This document shows, piece after piece, positions 14,616 through 23,732 of a DNA stretch of 24,582 nucleotides. Position 1 is the stretch's first letter. The number at the start of each line of letters is the position of its first letter. Below the pieces are notes generated by a model, which was given only the letters and a program-made list of their open reading frames with translations, had not been told where the DNA came from and ran no database searches. The position numbers were made by a program, and so were the translations under genes. The DNA is from a virus (Duplodnaviria; Caudoviricetes): the IMG/VR virus record IMGVR_UViG_3300020440_000840, positions 1-24,582 of that record. One strand, 5' to 3'.

Positions 14616-15368
14616 ATGAAGAAAGTTATATTTTCTTTATTATGTTTAGTTATGATACCACTTAGTGGTTTTGCAGATGACACAAATACACAGACTAATA
14701 CCTCAGGTAGCAATACTAATATAACCGGTGGATATACAACCACGAATAACAATACTTATTCGGGTTCTGAAGCTGGTCAATCTACAAGTACAACTACAAA
14801 CACTACAACTAATACTACCACAACAAATGGTACAGACACAAGAGTATCAGCTATGGCGTCAGCGCCAAGTATGTCAGCGTATTCACAAGATTTATGTTTA
14901 GTAGGTATCTCTGGTGGTGTTTCAACAATTGGTTTATCTTTATCTGGCGGCTCATATATGGTAGATGAGAATTGTGAGCGTATCAAACTTTCTAAAACAC
15001 TTTCAGATTTAGGTATGAAGGTGGCCGCTGTGTCAATTCTTTGTCAAGATGAAAGAGTGTTCTTTGCAATGGAACAATCAGGCACACCATGTCCGTTTGA
15101 AGGTAAAATAGGTAAGGCAGCTTCAGACCAGTGGAAAAAATATGACAAGTTAAGACCTGATTATGAAATGTATACAAAGAGACTTTGGACTATCGAACAA
15201 CAAAAGAAAGAAGCTAAAAAGAAACAAGAATTACAAGAGTGGAAAAATAAACTTGAAGTTAAAAAAGAAGTAGAAGGTGATACTTCTGAAACTGATGAAC
15301 TTGCAGAAGAAATAAAGAAATTGCAAGAGACTATTGCTGAAGATAAAAAAAAAGTAACGAACAAGTAA
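14616..15368 (+). CDS. Secreted/periplasmic protein of unknown function (signal peptide, T/N-rich stretch, four-Cys domain, coiled coil)
   Basis: MKKVIFSLLCLVMIPLSGFA signal; DLC..DENCERIKL..GMKVAAVSILCQD..GTPCP; A9 run near the 3' end. Confidence 0.75.
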   Translation: MKKVIFSLLCLVMIPLSGFADDTNTQTNTSGSNTNITGGYTTTNNNTYSGSEAGQSTSTTTNTTTNTTTTNGTDTRVSAMASAPSMSAYSQDLCLVGISGGVSTIGLSLSGGSYMVDENCERIKLSKTLSDLGMKVAAVSILCQDERVFFAMEQSGTPCPFEGKIGKAASDQWKKYDKLRPDYEMYTKRLWTIEQQKKEAKKKQELQEWKNKLEVKKEVEGDTSETDELAEEIKKLQETIAEDKKKVTNK

Positions 15369-15422
15369 TCACTCCTGCTAAAATTATAGGGTTTATACTA
15401 TTTGTATTTTTCTTAATTTAAT

Positions 15423-17480
15423 ATGAAAAAATTACTTTTATTATTATTAATATTATTACCTTACCGAGGTGTTGCCGATGTGGTATCATCAGGTAATGTA
15501 ATACCACAACAATTCTTTAATAACAATCAACCACACAACGAGTGGACTTGCACAGACCCTACACACAATCACGGCAATAATATAGGTGCGATGGTAAATG
15601 GCGACCATTTAATGCACCCTGGCGTATCACTTGCAGATGATGTTAATATGACAGAGGCACAGATTCAAAATGGTTGGTCATCTACATTGGGTGCAGATAT
15701 CTGGCATTGGAATACAGCAACATCAACTACAACAATGACACAAACAATTACAGATAGTGATGGTAATGTTACAACACAAATTAGAGATGTAGTTTTATCT
15801 ACATGTGGTAGAACAAACTGTGGTACTTATGATACATTTACTGATACTCATGTACAAGGCGTTAATACAGCAACAGATTTTCAAATTGCAGTTAGATTTG
15901 ACTTTGCAGAATCAACTCAAAGAACTTCACATTGGGCAGTAGATATAAAAAACCCAACACTAACTATTGATTATGAGGAAAATCCTGTACCACAAATTTC
16001 ACAAGATACACTTACACAATTAGAAAATGTTGATACTCAAATTGAGGACGCTATTGACATGTTAGAGAATGAAGAAATAGGTGGTACAACATTTACACAG
16101 ATGGTAGAAGACATTATTGTGGATAGTGGTTTAGATATGGAACTAACTATGGGTTTTGTAGAACCTGAAATGAATATGGAAGAACAGATGTATGTAGGCG
16201 AAACTTTATCTGTGGCCACATTAGAACAAACAATAGATGATGAAATGGCAGGTGTAATGGTATTAGAGGCACCCATAGAAATGGATGAACCAACAATGGA
16301 CATGGATATGCCTGATATGGATATAGAAATGCCTGTTATGATAGACATGGATATGCCTAATATGGAAACACCATCATTCACAGAAATGACAGTAGAGGCA
16401 TTTGAAGATATGTCTTCAGCATTTGCTGATATGTTTAACATGGACATGCCAGAAGATTTATCAACAGAGGCAGTTACAGAAATTATGGACGCTATGGTAG
16501 ACATGGACATGCCAATAGAAATGCCAGAAGGCGCACCAATGATAGAAGAAGTTTATGAGGCACCTGATACAATGGTGTCAGAAGGTCCTATCATGGAAGA
16601 AACACCAGTTATGGAAGATAGACCAGTTATAGAAGAATCAACCAATGTAGAAACTCTAGAAGAAGCTCCGGTTGAAACTGTCGCAATGGCAGAACCGGAA
16701 CCTGAAATGGAAACTCCACAGGCGATGGAAGAGGAGGTGGTCCAAGAAGATGAACCTGTCGCTATGGGTGAAGATGATAGTATGACATCTTCAGAACCTA
16801 CAATGGAAGAAAATCAACCACAAAGAGAGGAGGTGCAATCATCAGAAAACGAAACTGTAACAACGGAAACAACAACAGAAACACCACAGGAGGAAAACAC
16901 TAGTGCTACATCTGAACCAGAAACAGATACACAGTCTGAAGAAGTTAGTCAAGAAGGAGATACCAATCAAGAAACAGAAACGGTATCTGAGGAATCTTCA
17001 ATGGATGAAAATACGCCATCAGAAAATACACCGACACAGGAGGGCGGTGAAGAAAGTGTTGTCGCAGAGGCAGACACAGACACAGAAGAGGTATCTGATA
17101 CTACAACAACTGTAAGTGTTGAAGTACAAGAAATAGGAGATAAAGTAGCAAAGATAATTGCAAAAGTAAATGCAAACTTAAAGAAAGTAAGTGATAGGGT
17201 TAGGGCTGCACAATTAATCAGATTAAAAGGTATTCAAACAGATGGTCCTAATTTAAAAGTTTATGCAAGTAAATCGTTCTATCCTGATACAGGAATGAAT
17301 GGTGTACCTAACCCAGACTTCTTTCAAGATATAAATATACTTGAACAGCAACAAATATATGCAGACGCCAAATTAGCGTACCGAGATAATGACCCAATTG
17401 CTGTAAAACAGTCTATACTAATAGATATAAATAATAAAAAGAACAAACTCTACCGAGAGTTACGAGATTTAAAGAGGTAA
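15423..17480 (+). CDS. Large secreted acidic protein with a Met/Glu/Pro-rich low-complexity stalk
   Basis: MKKLLLLLLILLP signal, N-terminal beta domain, long acidic linker, basic helical C-terminus. Confidence 0.75.
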   Translation: MKKLLLLLLILLPYRGVADVVSSGNVIPQQFFNNNQPHNEWTCTDPTHNHGNNIGAMVNGDHLMHPGVSLADDVNMTEAQIQNGWSSTLGADIWHWNTATSTTTMTQTITDSDGNVTTQIRDVVLSTCGRTNCGTYDTFTDTHVQGVNTATDFQIAVRFDFAESTQRTSHWAVDIKNPTLTIDYEENPVPQISQDTLTQLENVDTQIEDAIDMLENEEIGGTTFTQMVEDIIVDSGLDMELTMGFVEPEMNMEEQMYVGETLSVATLEQTIDDEMAGVMVLEAPIEMDEPTMDMDMPDMDIEMPVMIDMDMPNMETPSFTEMTVEAFEDMSSAFADMFNMDMPEDLSTEAVTEIMDAMVDMDMPIEMPEGAPMIEEVYEAPDTMVSEGPIMEETPVMEDRPVIEESTNVETLEEAPVETVAMAEPEPEMETPQAMEEEVVQEDEPVAMGEDDSMTSSEPTMEENQPQREEVQSSENETVTTETTTETPQEENTSATSEPETDTQSEEVSQEGDTNQETETVSEESSMDENTPSENTPTQEGGEESVVAEADTDTEEVSDTTTTVSVEVQEIGDKVAKIIAKVNANLKKVSDRVRAAQLIRLKGIQTDGPNLKVYASKSFYPDTGMNGVPNPDFFQDINILEQQQIYADAKLAYRDNDPIAVKQSILIDINNKKNKLYRELRDLKR

Positions 17481-17483
17481 TAT

Positions 17484-17720
17484 ATGTTTAAAAATATAGA
17501 CATCAAATGGGTAGGTGCCGCTGTAGGATTAGTCCTTACAATAGGTGGTGGTTTTACTTGGTTTGGCGTAACAAACAATAAACTGGATGCTTTGTCTGGT
17601 GTAAAAACAACTGTAACAGAAAATAGTAAGAGAACTGAAATCAATCAAAAAGAAATTGAACTATTAAAATTGCAGATTAAAGAGATACAATTAAAATCAG
17701 GCAACCCACTTTCAAACTAA
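17484..17720 (+). CDS. Small membrane protein (N-terminal TM plus coiled coil)
   Basis: WVGAAVGLVLTIGGGFTWFG hydrophobic segment, C-terminal NPL; GAGG SD. Confidence 0.7.
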   Translation: MFKNIDIKWVGAAVGLVLTIGGGFTWFGVTNNKLDALSGVKTTVTENSKRTEINQKEIELLKLQIKEIQLKSGNPLSN

Positions 17721-17721
17721 T

Positions 17722-18156
17722 ATGGCTCGAGATACTTTACAAAATCTCGCCATAGAGGTTGAGGGAATAAAAAAAGATATTAAGAATGGAGAACTAATTC
17801 ACTCTAGACTTGATACTGCCATAGACAAACTTACAGATGTATCAACATCTATAAAACAAATGTTAGCTGTTCACGAACAGAAACTTTCCCAATCAGAAAA
17901 GACTGAAGAAATACTATTTGATAAAGTCAGAGAAAGGGGTGAAGAATTGGATATGGTATATAGAGATTTACAAAGAGATATAAATCAGGTCGAAAAAAGA
18001 CTACTACTAGAAATGAAAACCTTAAAATCTTGCTTTGACGGAAGAGTATCTGTACTTGAAAAGTGGAGATGGTTAATTATTGGTGGTGCTCTTGCAATAG
18101 GATTCATACTGGCAAAAAACATGCCAAAAATCATCAATTCAGCAGGTTGGTTCTAA
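17722..18156 (+). CDS. Coiled-coil protein with a C-terminal TM helix
   Basis: Long heptad region, then RVSVLEKWRWLIIGGALAIGFILA. Confidence 0.7.
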   Translation: MARDTLQNLAIEVEGIKKDIKNGELIHSRLDTAIDKLTDVSTSIKQMLAVHEQKLSQSEKTEEILFDKVRERGEELDMVYRDLQRDINQVEKRLLLEMKTLKSCFDGRVSVLEKWRWLIIGGALAIGFILAKNMPKIINSAGWF

Positions 18157-18175
18157 ACTAACCACTCAACCAGAC

Positions 18176-18204
18176 TTGACATATTGTGAGTATTCCTATA
18201 TACT
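18176..18204 (+). promoter_or_regulatory. sigma70-type promoter for the replication genes
   Basis: TTGACA (18176-81), 17 nt, TATACT (18199-204), intergenic. Confidence 0.8.
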
Positions 18205-18216
18205 AACACAAGTGTT

Positions 18217-19221
18217 ATGTCAAATTATATAGATTTAAAATATATCAATATTCTGTCTACCAGATTAGAGCAGTTTAAACAAAGAGGAAACAATCTGTTT
18301 AACTTCAGATGTCCTTACTGTGGTGATTCTCACAAAGATAAAACTAAAGCAAGAGGGTATTTGTATCCAGTAAAAAATGACATGTTCTATAAATGCCATA
18401 ATTGTGGTATCGGCACAAACATGGCTAACTTTATTAAAGATAGAGACCAAAAATTATATTCAGAATATTGTTTTGAAAAATTTAAGAAACCTGCTAAGAA
18501 AGAAGAAATAGATTTCAAACCTAAGTTTGACAAAGTAATTGTATCACCAGATATAGGAACAAAGATTTCAGAATTAGATGATACACATCCTGCTAAAAAG
18601 TTTGTATTAGATAGAAAGATACCTGAAGACAAATTAGACTTATTATATTTTTGTGATAAGTTTATGACATTAGTAAATAAAGTTAAACCAGGTACATTCA
18701 AAAATACTAATAAAGATTATCCTAGATTGATAATACCTTTCTATGATGAATCAGGCAAGTTATTTGCATTTCAAGGTCGTGCTTTTGGCAATGAACAACC
18801 CAAATATATCACGATTAAGTTAGATGAGAGTAAACAAAAAATCTACGGATTAGAAAGAGTAAACTTTTTACAACCAATAAAAATAGTAGAAGGTCCTCTA
18901 GATAGTCTGTTTTTAGACAACTGTTTGGCAGCTGCAGGTGCAGACTTAAAAAATATAAAAAAATCTCTACCTGAAGAGCAAATAACTTATATATATGATA
19001 ACGAACCGAGAAATCGGGAAATCATCAAACAAATGTATAGTGTAATCGACAAGGGTTACAACATAGTGGTATGGCCTGATGATTTAAAACAAAAAGATAT
19101 TAATGATATGATTCTTTCAGACTTGACTTCTGAGCAGATATCTGATATCATTCAGAACAATACATTTAACGGTTTAGCTGCAACGGCTAAACTTGATTTT
19201 TATAAGAGAGTGCAAATATGA
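18217..19221 (+). CDS. gp61: T4-like DNA primase
   Basis: Zn domain NFRCPYCGDS..KARG..YKCHNCG; RLIIPF..FQGR; Toprim VEGPLDSLF, YDNEPRN, KDINDM. Confidence 0.93.
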   Translation: MSNYIDLKYINILSTRLEQFKQRGNNLFNFRCPYCGDSHKDKTKARGYLYPVKNDMFYKCHNCGIGTNMANFIKDRDQKLYSEYCFEKFKKPAKKEEIDFKPKFDKVIVSPDIGTKISELDDTHPAKKFVLDRKIPEDKLDLLYFCDKFMTLVNKVKPGTFKNTNKDYPRLIIPFYDESGKLFAFQGRAFGNEQPKYITIKLDESKQKIYGLERVNFLQPIKIVEGPLDSLFLDNCLAAAGADLKNIKKSLPEEQITYIYDNEPRNREIIKQMYSVIDKGYNIVVWPDDLKQKDINDMILSDLTSEQISDIIQNNTFNGLAATAKLDFYKRVQI

Positions 19222-21518
19222 CAGAACATAATATATATGTAATCAAGAGAAATGGGCGTGGTAAAGTTCCTCTTGACATTGAGAAAATACATGAGATGGT
19301 TGAACATGCATGTGAAGACATAACCGGAGTATCGGCTTCAGAAGTAGAGATGAATAGTGGTTTACAATTCCACGATGGTATATCAACACAAGAAATTCAA
19401 CAAATACTAATTAAGTCAGCCGCAGATTTAATATCATTAGAAAAACCAAACTATCAATATGTGGCTGCTAGACTATTATTATTTGGTCTAAGAAAACAAT
19501 TAAACAGAAAACTTTGGGACCACCCACACATACATGACCAAGTACAAAAGGGTATCAAGTTAGGTGTCTATGATAAAGATTTAGATAAGTGGTATGATAA
19601 AAGAGATTGGGATAGAATGGAACAATGGATTGTACATGAAAGAGATTATGATTTTACATATGCAGGTCTAAGACAAGTCATTGACAAATACTTAGTGCAA
19701 GATAGAAGTACAGGAGAGATATACGAAACGCCACAGTTTATGTATATGTTAATTGCAGCTACTGTATTTCATAATTATCCTAAATCAACAAGACTTACTT
19801 ACATTAAAAAATATTATCGTGCAATTAGTAAACACTTAATAAACATTCCTACACCAGTTATGGCAGGTGTAAGAACACCACTTAAACAATATGCTTCATG
19901 TGTATTAGTAGATAGTGATGATACATTGCCATCTATTTTTACATCAGACATGGCGATAGGTAGATATGTTGCTCAAAGAGCAGGTATAGGTATCAATGCA
20001 GGTCGTATTAGAGGTATCAATTCTAGAATTAGAGGTGGTGAAGTACAACATACAGGCATTATTCCTTTCTTGAAAAAGTTTGAGGCAACAGTAAAATGTT
20101 GTACACAAAATGGTGTAAGAGGTGGTAGTGCGACTGTACACTTTCCAATATGGCACCAAGAAATAAAAGACATACTAGTTTTAAAAAATAATAAAGGTAG
20201 TGATGATAATAGAGTTAGAAAATTAGACTACTCAATACAACTATCTAAATTGTTCTATGAAAGATTTATTAAGAATGAAGACATAACTTTATTCTCTCCT
20301 CATGAAGTGCCTGAACTATATGAGAATTGGGGTACAGAAAAATTTGATGAAATATATTTAGCTGCAGAAAGAAAAACTTCAGTATATAAAGAGAAGATAA
20401 ATGCACAAGAATTGTTTATGTCTATGTTAAAAGAAAGGGCAGAAACAGGTCGTATCTATATTATGAATATCGACCATTGCAATACTCACTCATCATTTAA
20501 AGATTTAGTCAGAATGTCTAACTTATGTCAAGAGATTACATTACCTACTGAACCATTACAGCACATTGATGGTGAGGGGGAAATTGCTCTTTGCATACTA
20601 AGTGCTATCAATGTGGGTAAACTAGTCTATTTTGATGACCTAGACACTCTATGCGACTTATCTGTGCGAGCTTTAGATGAGATAATTGACCATCAAGGAT
20701 ACCCTGTAAAGGCAGCTGAAGTCAGTACAAAAGCACGCCGAAGTCTTGGTATTGGGTACATTGGACTTGCACATTATTTAGCGAAAACAGGATACAAATA
20801 TGATGAAAAAGGTGCTTGGGAAGCAGTAGATGAATTAACAGAACACTTTCAATATTATCTGTTGAAGGCAAGTAATAATCTTGCAAAAGAAAAAGGTAAA
20901 TGTGAATATTATGACAGAACAAAATATTCTGATGGCGTCTTACCTATTGATACTTACAAAAAAGAGGTAGATGAGATTGTAAATCGTAAACTATCTTGTG
21001 ATTGGGTATCACTTAGAAAAGATATAACTGAGCATGGTCTCCGACATAGCACTCTATCAGCTCAAATGCCATCAGAATCCTCTAGTGTGGTTTCAAATGC
21101 AACTAACGGCATTGAACCACCTAGAGACTTTTTATCTGTTAAGAAGTCTAAACAAGGACCTCTTAAACAAGTAGTGCCACAATACTTATCATTGAAAAGT
21201 AAATACACTTTACTATGGGGCATGGGTGGAAACACCGGATATATAAATATCGTTGCAGTAATGCAGAAGTACTTTGACCAGGCGATATCAGGCAACTGGT
21301 CATACAATCCAGAAGACTATGAGGAGAATCAAGTACCATTATCAGTAATGGCACAAGACCTTTTGACTACTTATAAACTAGGATGGAAAACATCTTACTA
21401 TCAAAACACATATGATGGTAAGACAGATGAAGATGATAAACCTGATGTATTAGAGGATGATTCAACATACAAGGAAGAAGAACTAACAGAAGAGGAGTGT
21501 GAATCATGCACAATATAA
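19218..21518 (+). CDS. nrdA: Ribonucleotide reductase class Ia alpha subunit
   Basis: ATP-cone VIKRNG, PTPVMAG, SCVL, QNGVRGG, SNLCQEI, MPSESSS, KTSYY, C-terminal CESC. Confidence 0.97.
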   Translation: MTEHNIYVIKRNGRGKVPLDIEKIHEMVEHACEDITGVSASEVEMNSGLQFHDGISTQEIQQILIKSAADLISLEKPNYQYVAARLLLFGLRKQLNRKLWDHPHIHDQVQKGIKLGVYDKDLDKWYDKRDWDRMEQWIVHERDYDFTYAGLRQVIDKYLVQDRSTGEIYETPQFMYMLIAATVFHNYPKSTRLTYIKKYYRAISKHLINIPTPVMAGVRTPLKQYASCVLVDSDDTLPSIFTSDMAIGRYVAQRAGIGINAGRIRGINSRIRGGEVQHTGIIPFLKKFEATVKCCTQNGVRGGSATVHFPIWHQEIKDILVLKNNKGSDDNRVRKLDYSIQLSKLFYERFIKNEDITLFSPHEVPELYENWGTEKFDEIYLAAERKTSVYKEKINAQELFMSMLKERAETGRIYIMNIDHCNTHSSFKDLVRMSNLCQEITLPTEPLQHIDGEGEIALCILSAINVGKLVYFDDLDTLCDLSVRALDEIIDHQGYPVKAAEVSTKARRSLGIGYIGLAHYLAKTGYKYDEKGAWEAVDELTEHFQYYLLKASNNLAKEKGKCEYYDRTKYSDGVLPIDTYKKEVDEIVNRKLSCDWVSLRKDITEHGLRHSTLSAQMPSESSSVVSNATNGIEPPRDFLSVKKSKQGPLKQVVPQYLSLKSKYTLLWGMGGNTGYINIVAVMQKYFDQAISGNWSYNPEDYEENQVPLSVMAQDLLTTYKLGWKTSYYQNTYDGKTDEDDKPDVLEDDSTYKEEELTEEECESCTI

Positions 21519-22612
21519 AAAGTGTTTTTAATAAAGAAAAAGGATTAGACTTTACTAAACAACCAATGTTCTTTGGTAAAGATTTAGCAGTACAAAGATA
21601 TGATACATTTAAGTATCCTATATTTGATAAACTTACACAACAACAATTAGGTTTCTTCTGGAGACCTGAAGAAGTATCTTTACAAAAAGATAGAAACGAT
21701 TATCAGAATCTAAGAGATGAACATAAATTTATATTTACATCTAATCTAAAATATCAAACTATGTTAGATAGTGTACAAGGTCGTGGACCAGCACTTGCAT
21801 TTTTACCTTTTTGTAGTTTACCTGAATTAGAATCATGTCTAATCACATGGGATTTTATGGAGACAATACACTCTAGGTCATACACATATATTATAAAGAA
21901 CTTATATCCTAATCCTAATGAAGTATTTGACACTATAATAGAAGATGAAAAGATAGAACAAAGAGCAAAGTCAGTTACAAAAGCATATGATGACTTGATT
22001 GAAATAGGTTATAAAAAAATCATGGGCCAAGATATAAATGAATATGAACTTAAAAAGAAATTATGGCTTGCATTATGCACAGTAAATATTTTAGAAGGTT
22101 TAAGATTTTATGTATCATTCGCATGTAGTTTTGCATTTGGTGAACTAAAACAATTAGAAGGTTCTGCTAAGATTATATCTTTTATTGCAAGAGATGAATC
22201 ACAACATCTAGCAATATCTCAAAAAATTATTAATAACTATCGTGAACATGAACAAGATAAAGTTATGTTACAAGTAATTAAAGATACTGAACAAGAAGTT
22301 TATGACATGTATGATAATGCAGTACAAGAAGAAAAGAATTGGGCAACATACTTATTAACAAAAGGTTCTATGATAGGATTGTCTGAAAAACTTTTACATA
22401 GATTTGTAGAACACATGGCAAATAGAAGAATGAGAACTATAGGTTTAGAACCTAAGTATGACCAAAAAACAAATCCATTACCATGGGTTAGTCATTGGTT
22501 AAACTCTAAAGGTTTACAAAATGCACCACAAGAAACTGAAATAGAAAGTTATGTTATTGGTGGTATTAAACAAGATGTAGAGAAGGACACATTTAGTAAC
22601 TTTAAATTATGA
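21506..22612 (+). CDS. nrdB: Ribonucleotide reductase class Ia beta subunit
   Basis: FFWRPEEV, LDSVQGR, ETIHSRSY, LEGLRFYVSF, RDESQH, APQETEIESY. Confidence 0.97.
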   Translation: MHNIKSVFNKEKGLDFTKQPMFFGKDLAVQRYDTFKYPIFDKLTQQQLGFFWRPEEVSLQKDRNDYQNLRDEHKFIFTSNLKYQTMLDSVQGRGPALAFLPFCSLPELESCLITWDFMETIHSRSYTYIIKNLYPNPNEVFDTIIEDEKIEQRAKSVTKAYDDLIEIGYKKIMGQDINEYELKKKLWLALCTVNILEGLRFYVSFACSFAFGELKQLEGSAKIISFIARDESQHLAISQKIINNYREHEQDKVMLQVIKDTEQEVYDMYDNAVQEEKNWATYLLTKGSMIGLSEKLLHRFVEHMANRRMRTIGLEPKYDQKTNPLPWVSHWLNSKGLQNAPQETEIESYVIGGIKQDVEKDTFSNFKL

Positions 22613-22776
22613 TTGAATATCAATATCTGAATATAGTATGTGATAATTGCGATACGCCGTATGAAATAAGGTGGGATGGTGAACATCCATCAGCACCTTT
22701 AACATGTCCATTTTGTGGACACGAATTAGAAGATGAGGCATTTATAGATGAAGAAGATAAAATCGATTGGGATTGA
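22609..22776 (+). CDS. Small zinc-ribbon protein not in the ORF track
   Basis: 55 aa, MIEYQYLNIVCDNC...CPFCG.. with an acidic tail. ATGA overlap with the nrdB stop. Confidence 0.75.
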   Translation: MIEYQYLNIVCDNCDTPYEIRWDGEHPSAPLTCPFCGHELEDEAFIDEEDKIDWD

Positions 22777-23329
22777 TTACAGTTTAAATTCACCAGCAAT
22801 CTGTATTGCAACCGGTGACCTATCATTTGAAAATTGTAAATTTTATTATGTATCATCTAAGAAAAAATACATAGGCAAGTTTGGTAAAAATATAATAGGT
22901 AGTGAATATAAAGAATGGACCGACCCCATTGTTAGATTTAATAATCTTGCTGAATGGGCATTAGTATCAATAAGAAGTTATGGTGATATGAACTTATTTG
23001 ATGGTCATCAAACTGTACATATAGAAGGTTATTCATACGGTAGTAAGGGTCAGGCAGTATTTCAAATAGCAGAGAACTGTGGTATATTAAAGTCATACTT
23101 ATTATCAAAAAAATTAAAATATGAAACTGTTGTACCTAGTATTGTTAAAAAGTTTGCAACAGACAAAGGCAATGCAAACAAAGAATTGATGTACGAACAT
23201 TTTTGTAAAGATACAAAAACAGATTTAATGAAAACATTTGATATGCAAACACTATCTAATCCTATAACAGATATTGTGGATGCTTATTATATTGCAAAGT
23301 GTGGTTATGAAAATATTAAGAGCAAATAA
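22748..23329 (+). CDS. RuvC-like (RNase H fold) Holliday junction resolvase/nuclease
   Basis: IGIDYSLNSP, HIEGYS, IAENCG.LK, P..VKKFAT..GNA.K, DIVDAY. Confidence 0.8.
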   Translation: MKKIKSIGIDYSLNSPAICIATGDLSFENCKFYYVSSKKKYIGKFGKNIIGSEYKEWTDPIVRFNNLAEWALVSIRSYGDMNLFDGHQTVHIEGYSYGSKGQAVFQIAENCGILKSYLLSKKLKYETVVPSIVKKFATDKGNANKELMYEHFCKDTKTDLMKTFDMQTLSNPITDIVDAYYIAKCGYENIKSK

Positions 23330-23732
23330 TACAGTACCAGGTCAAGTCTTTCAAGAAGGACCTAAATTAAAAACACAAATGTTTCCTGTGAAAGATATAC
23401 TTATTACAGCACCTAGAAATTGGCTTGAAAATAAAATGAAACCATTTACAGAAAGTATTGAAAGTGTAGGTATGTTGTGGCCTGTTATATTAGTACACTT
23501 AGATGATTATTGGGAACCAATGAAATCTAAAAGATGGCCAAGACATAATTTAGAAGGTGATTTTGTAGAGGGTTATGGTGTGCATACAGGGAACAAAAGA
23601 GTTATTTGGGCACAAGAAAATAATTATGATTTGATAGAGGCATATGTTGTTACAAATAGAAATCAAAAAGACTATATAGTAACACATACATTTTTACCTA
23701 GAGGTCAATGGCCAGGGCAAGTGAGTAAATGA
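23307..23732 (+). CDS. ParB/Srx-like domain protein
   Basis: SIESVGMLWPVIL...GNKRV.WA....YD.IEAYV. ATG 23307 preferred to 23274 because the overlap is smaller. Confidence 0.55.
   Translation: MKILRANNTVPGQVFQEGPKLKTQMFPVKDILITAPRNWLENKMKPFTESIESVGMLWPVILVHLDDYWEPMKSKRWPRHNLEGDFVEGYGVHTGNKRVIWAQENNYDLIEAYVVTNRNQKDYIVTHTFLPRGQWPGQVSK

Noticed and set aside
14690-14830. ACx/AAx repeats as a tandem repeat or CRISPR
   Set aside because: Thr/Asn codon low complexity with no repeat-spacer structure. I saw no CRISPR array or tRNA in the window.
16903-17115. 70-aa alternative-frame ORF
   Set aside because: K/Q/R-rich shadow of the Glu-rich stalk.
17484-18156. Holin/spanin assignment
   Set aside because: Only TM and coiled-coil features. 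No lipobox or adjacent endolysin supports the call.
19218-22612. Introns, inteins or homing endonucleases in nrdA/nrdB
   Set aside because: Both are uninterrupted, normal length and directly adjacent.
1289-22856. All minus-strand ORFs in the track
   Set aside because: Each lies antisense to a well-supported + gene, is S/L/F/I-rich as expected of shadow frames, and has no motifs.
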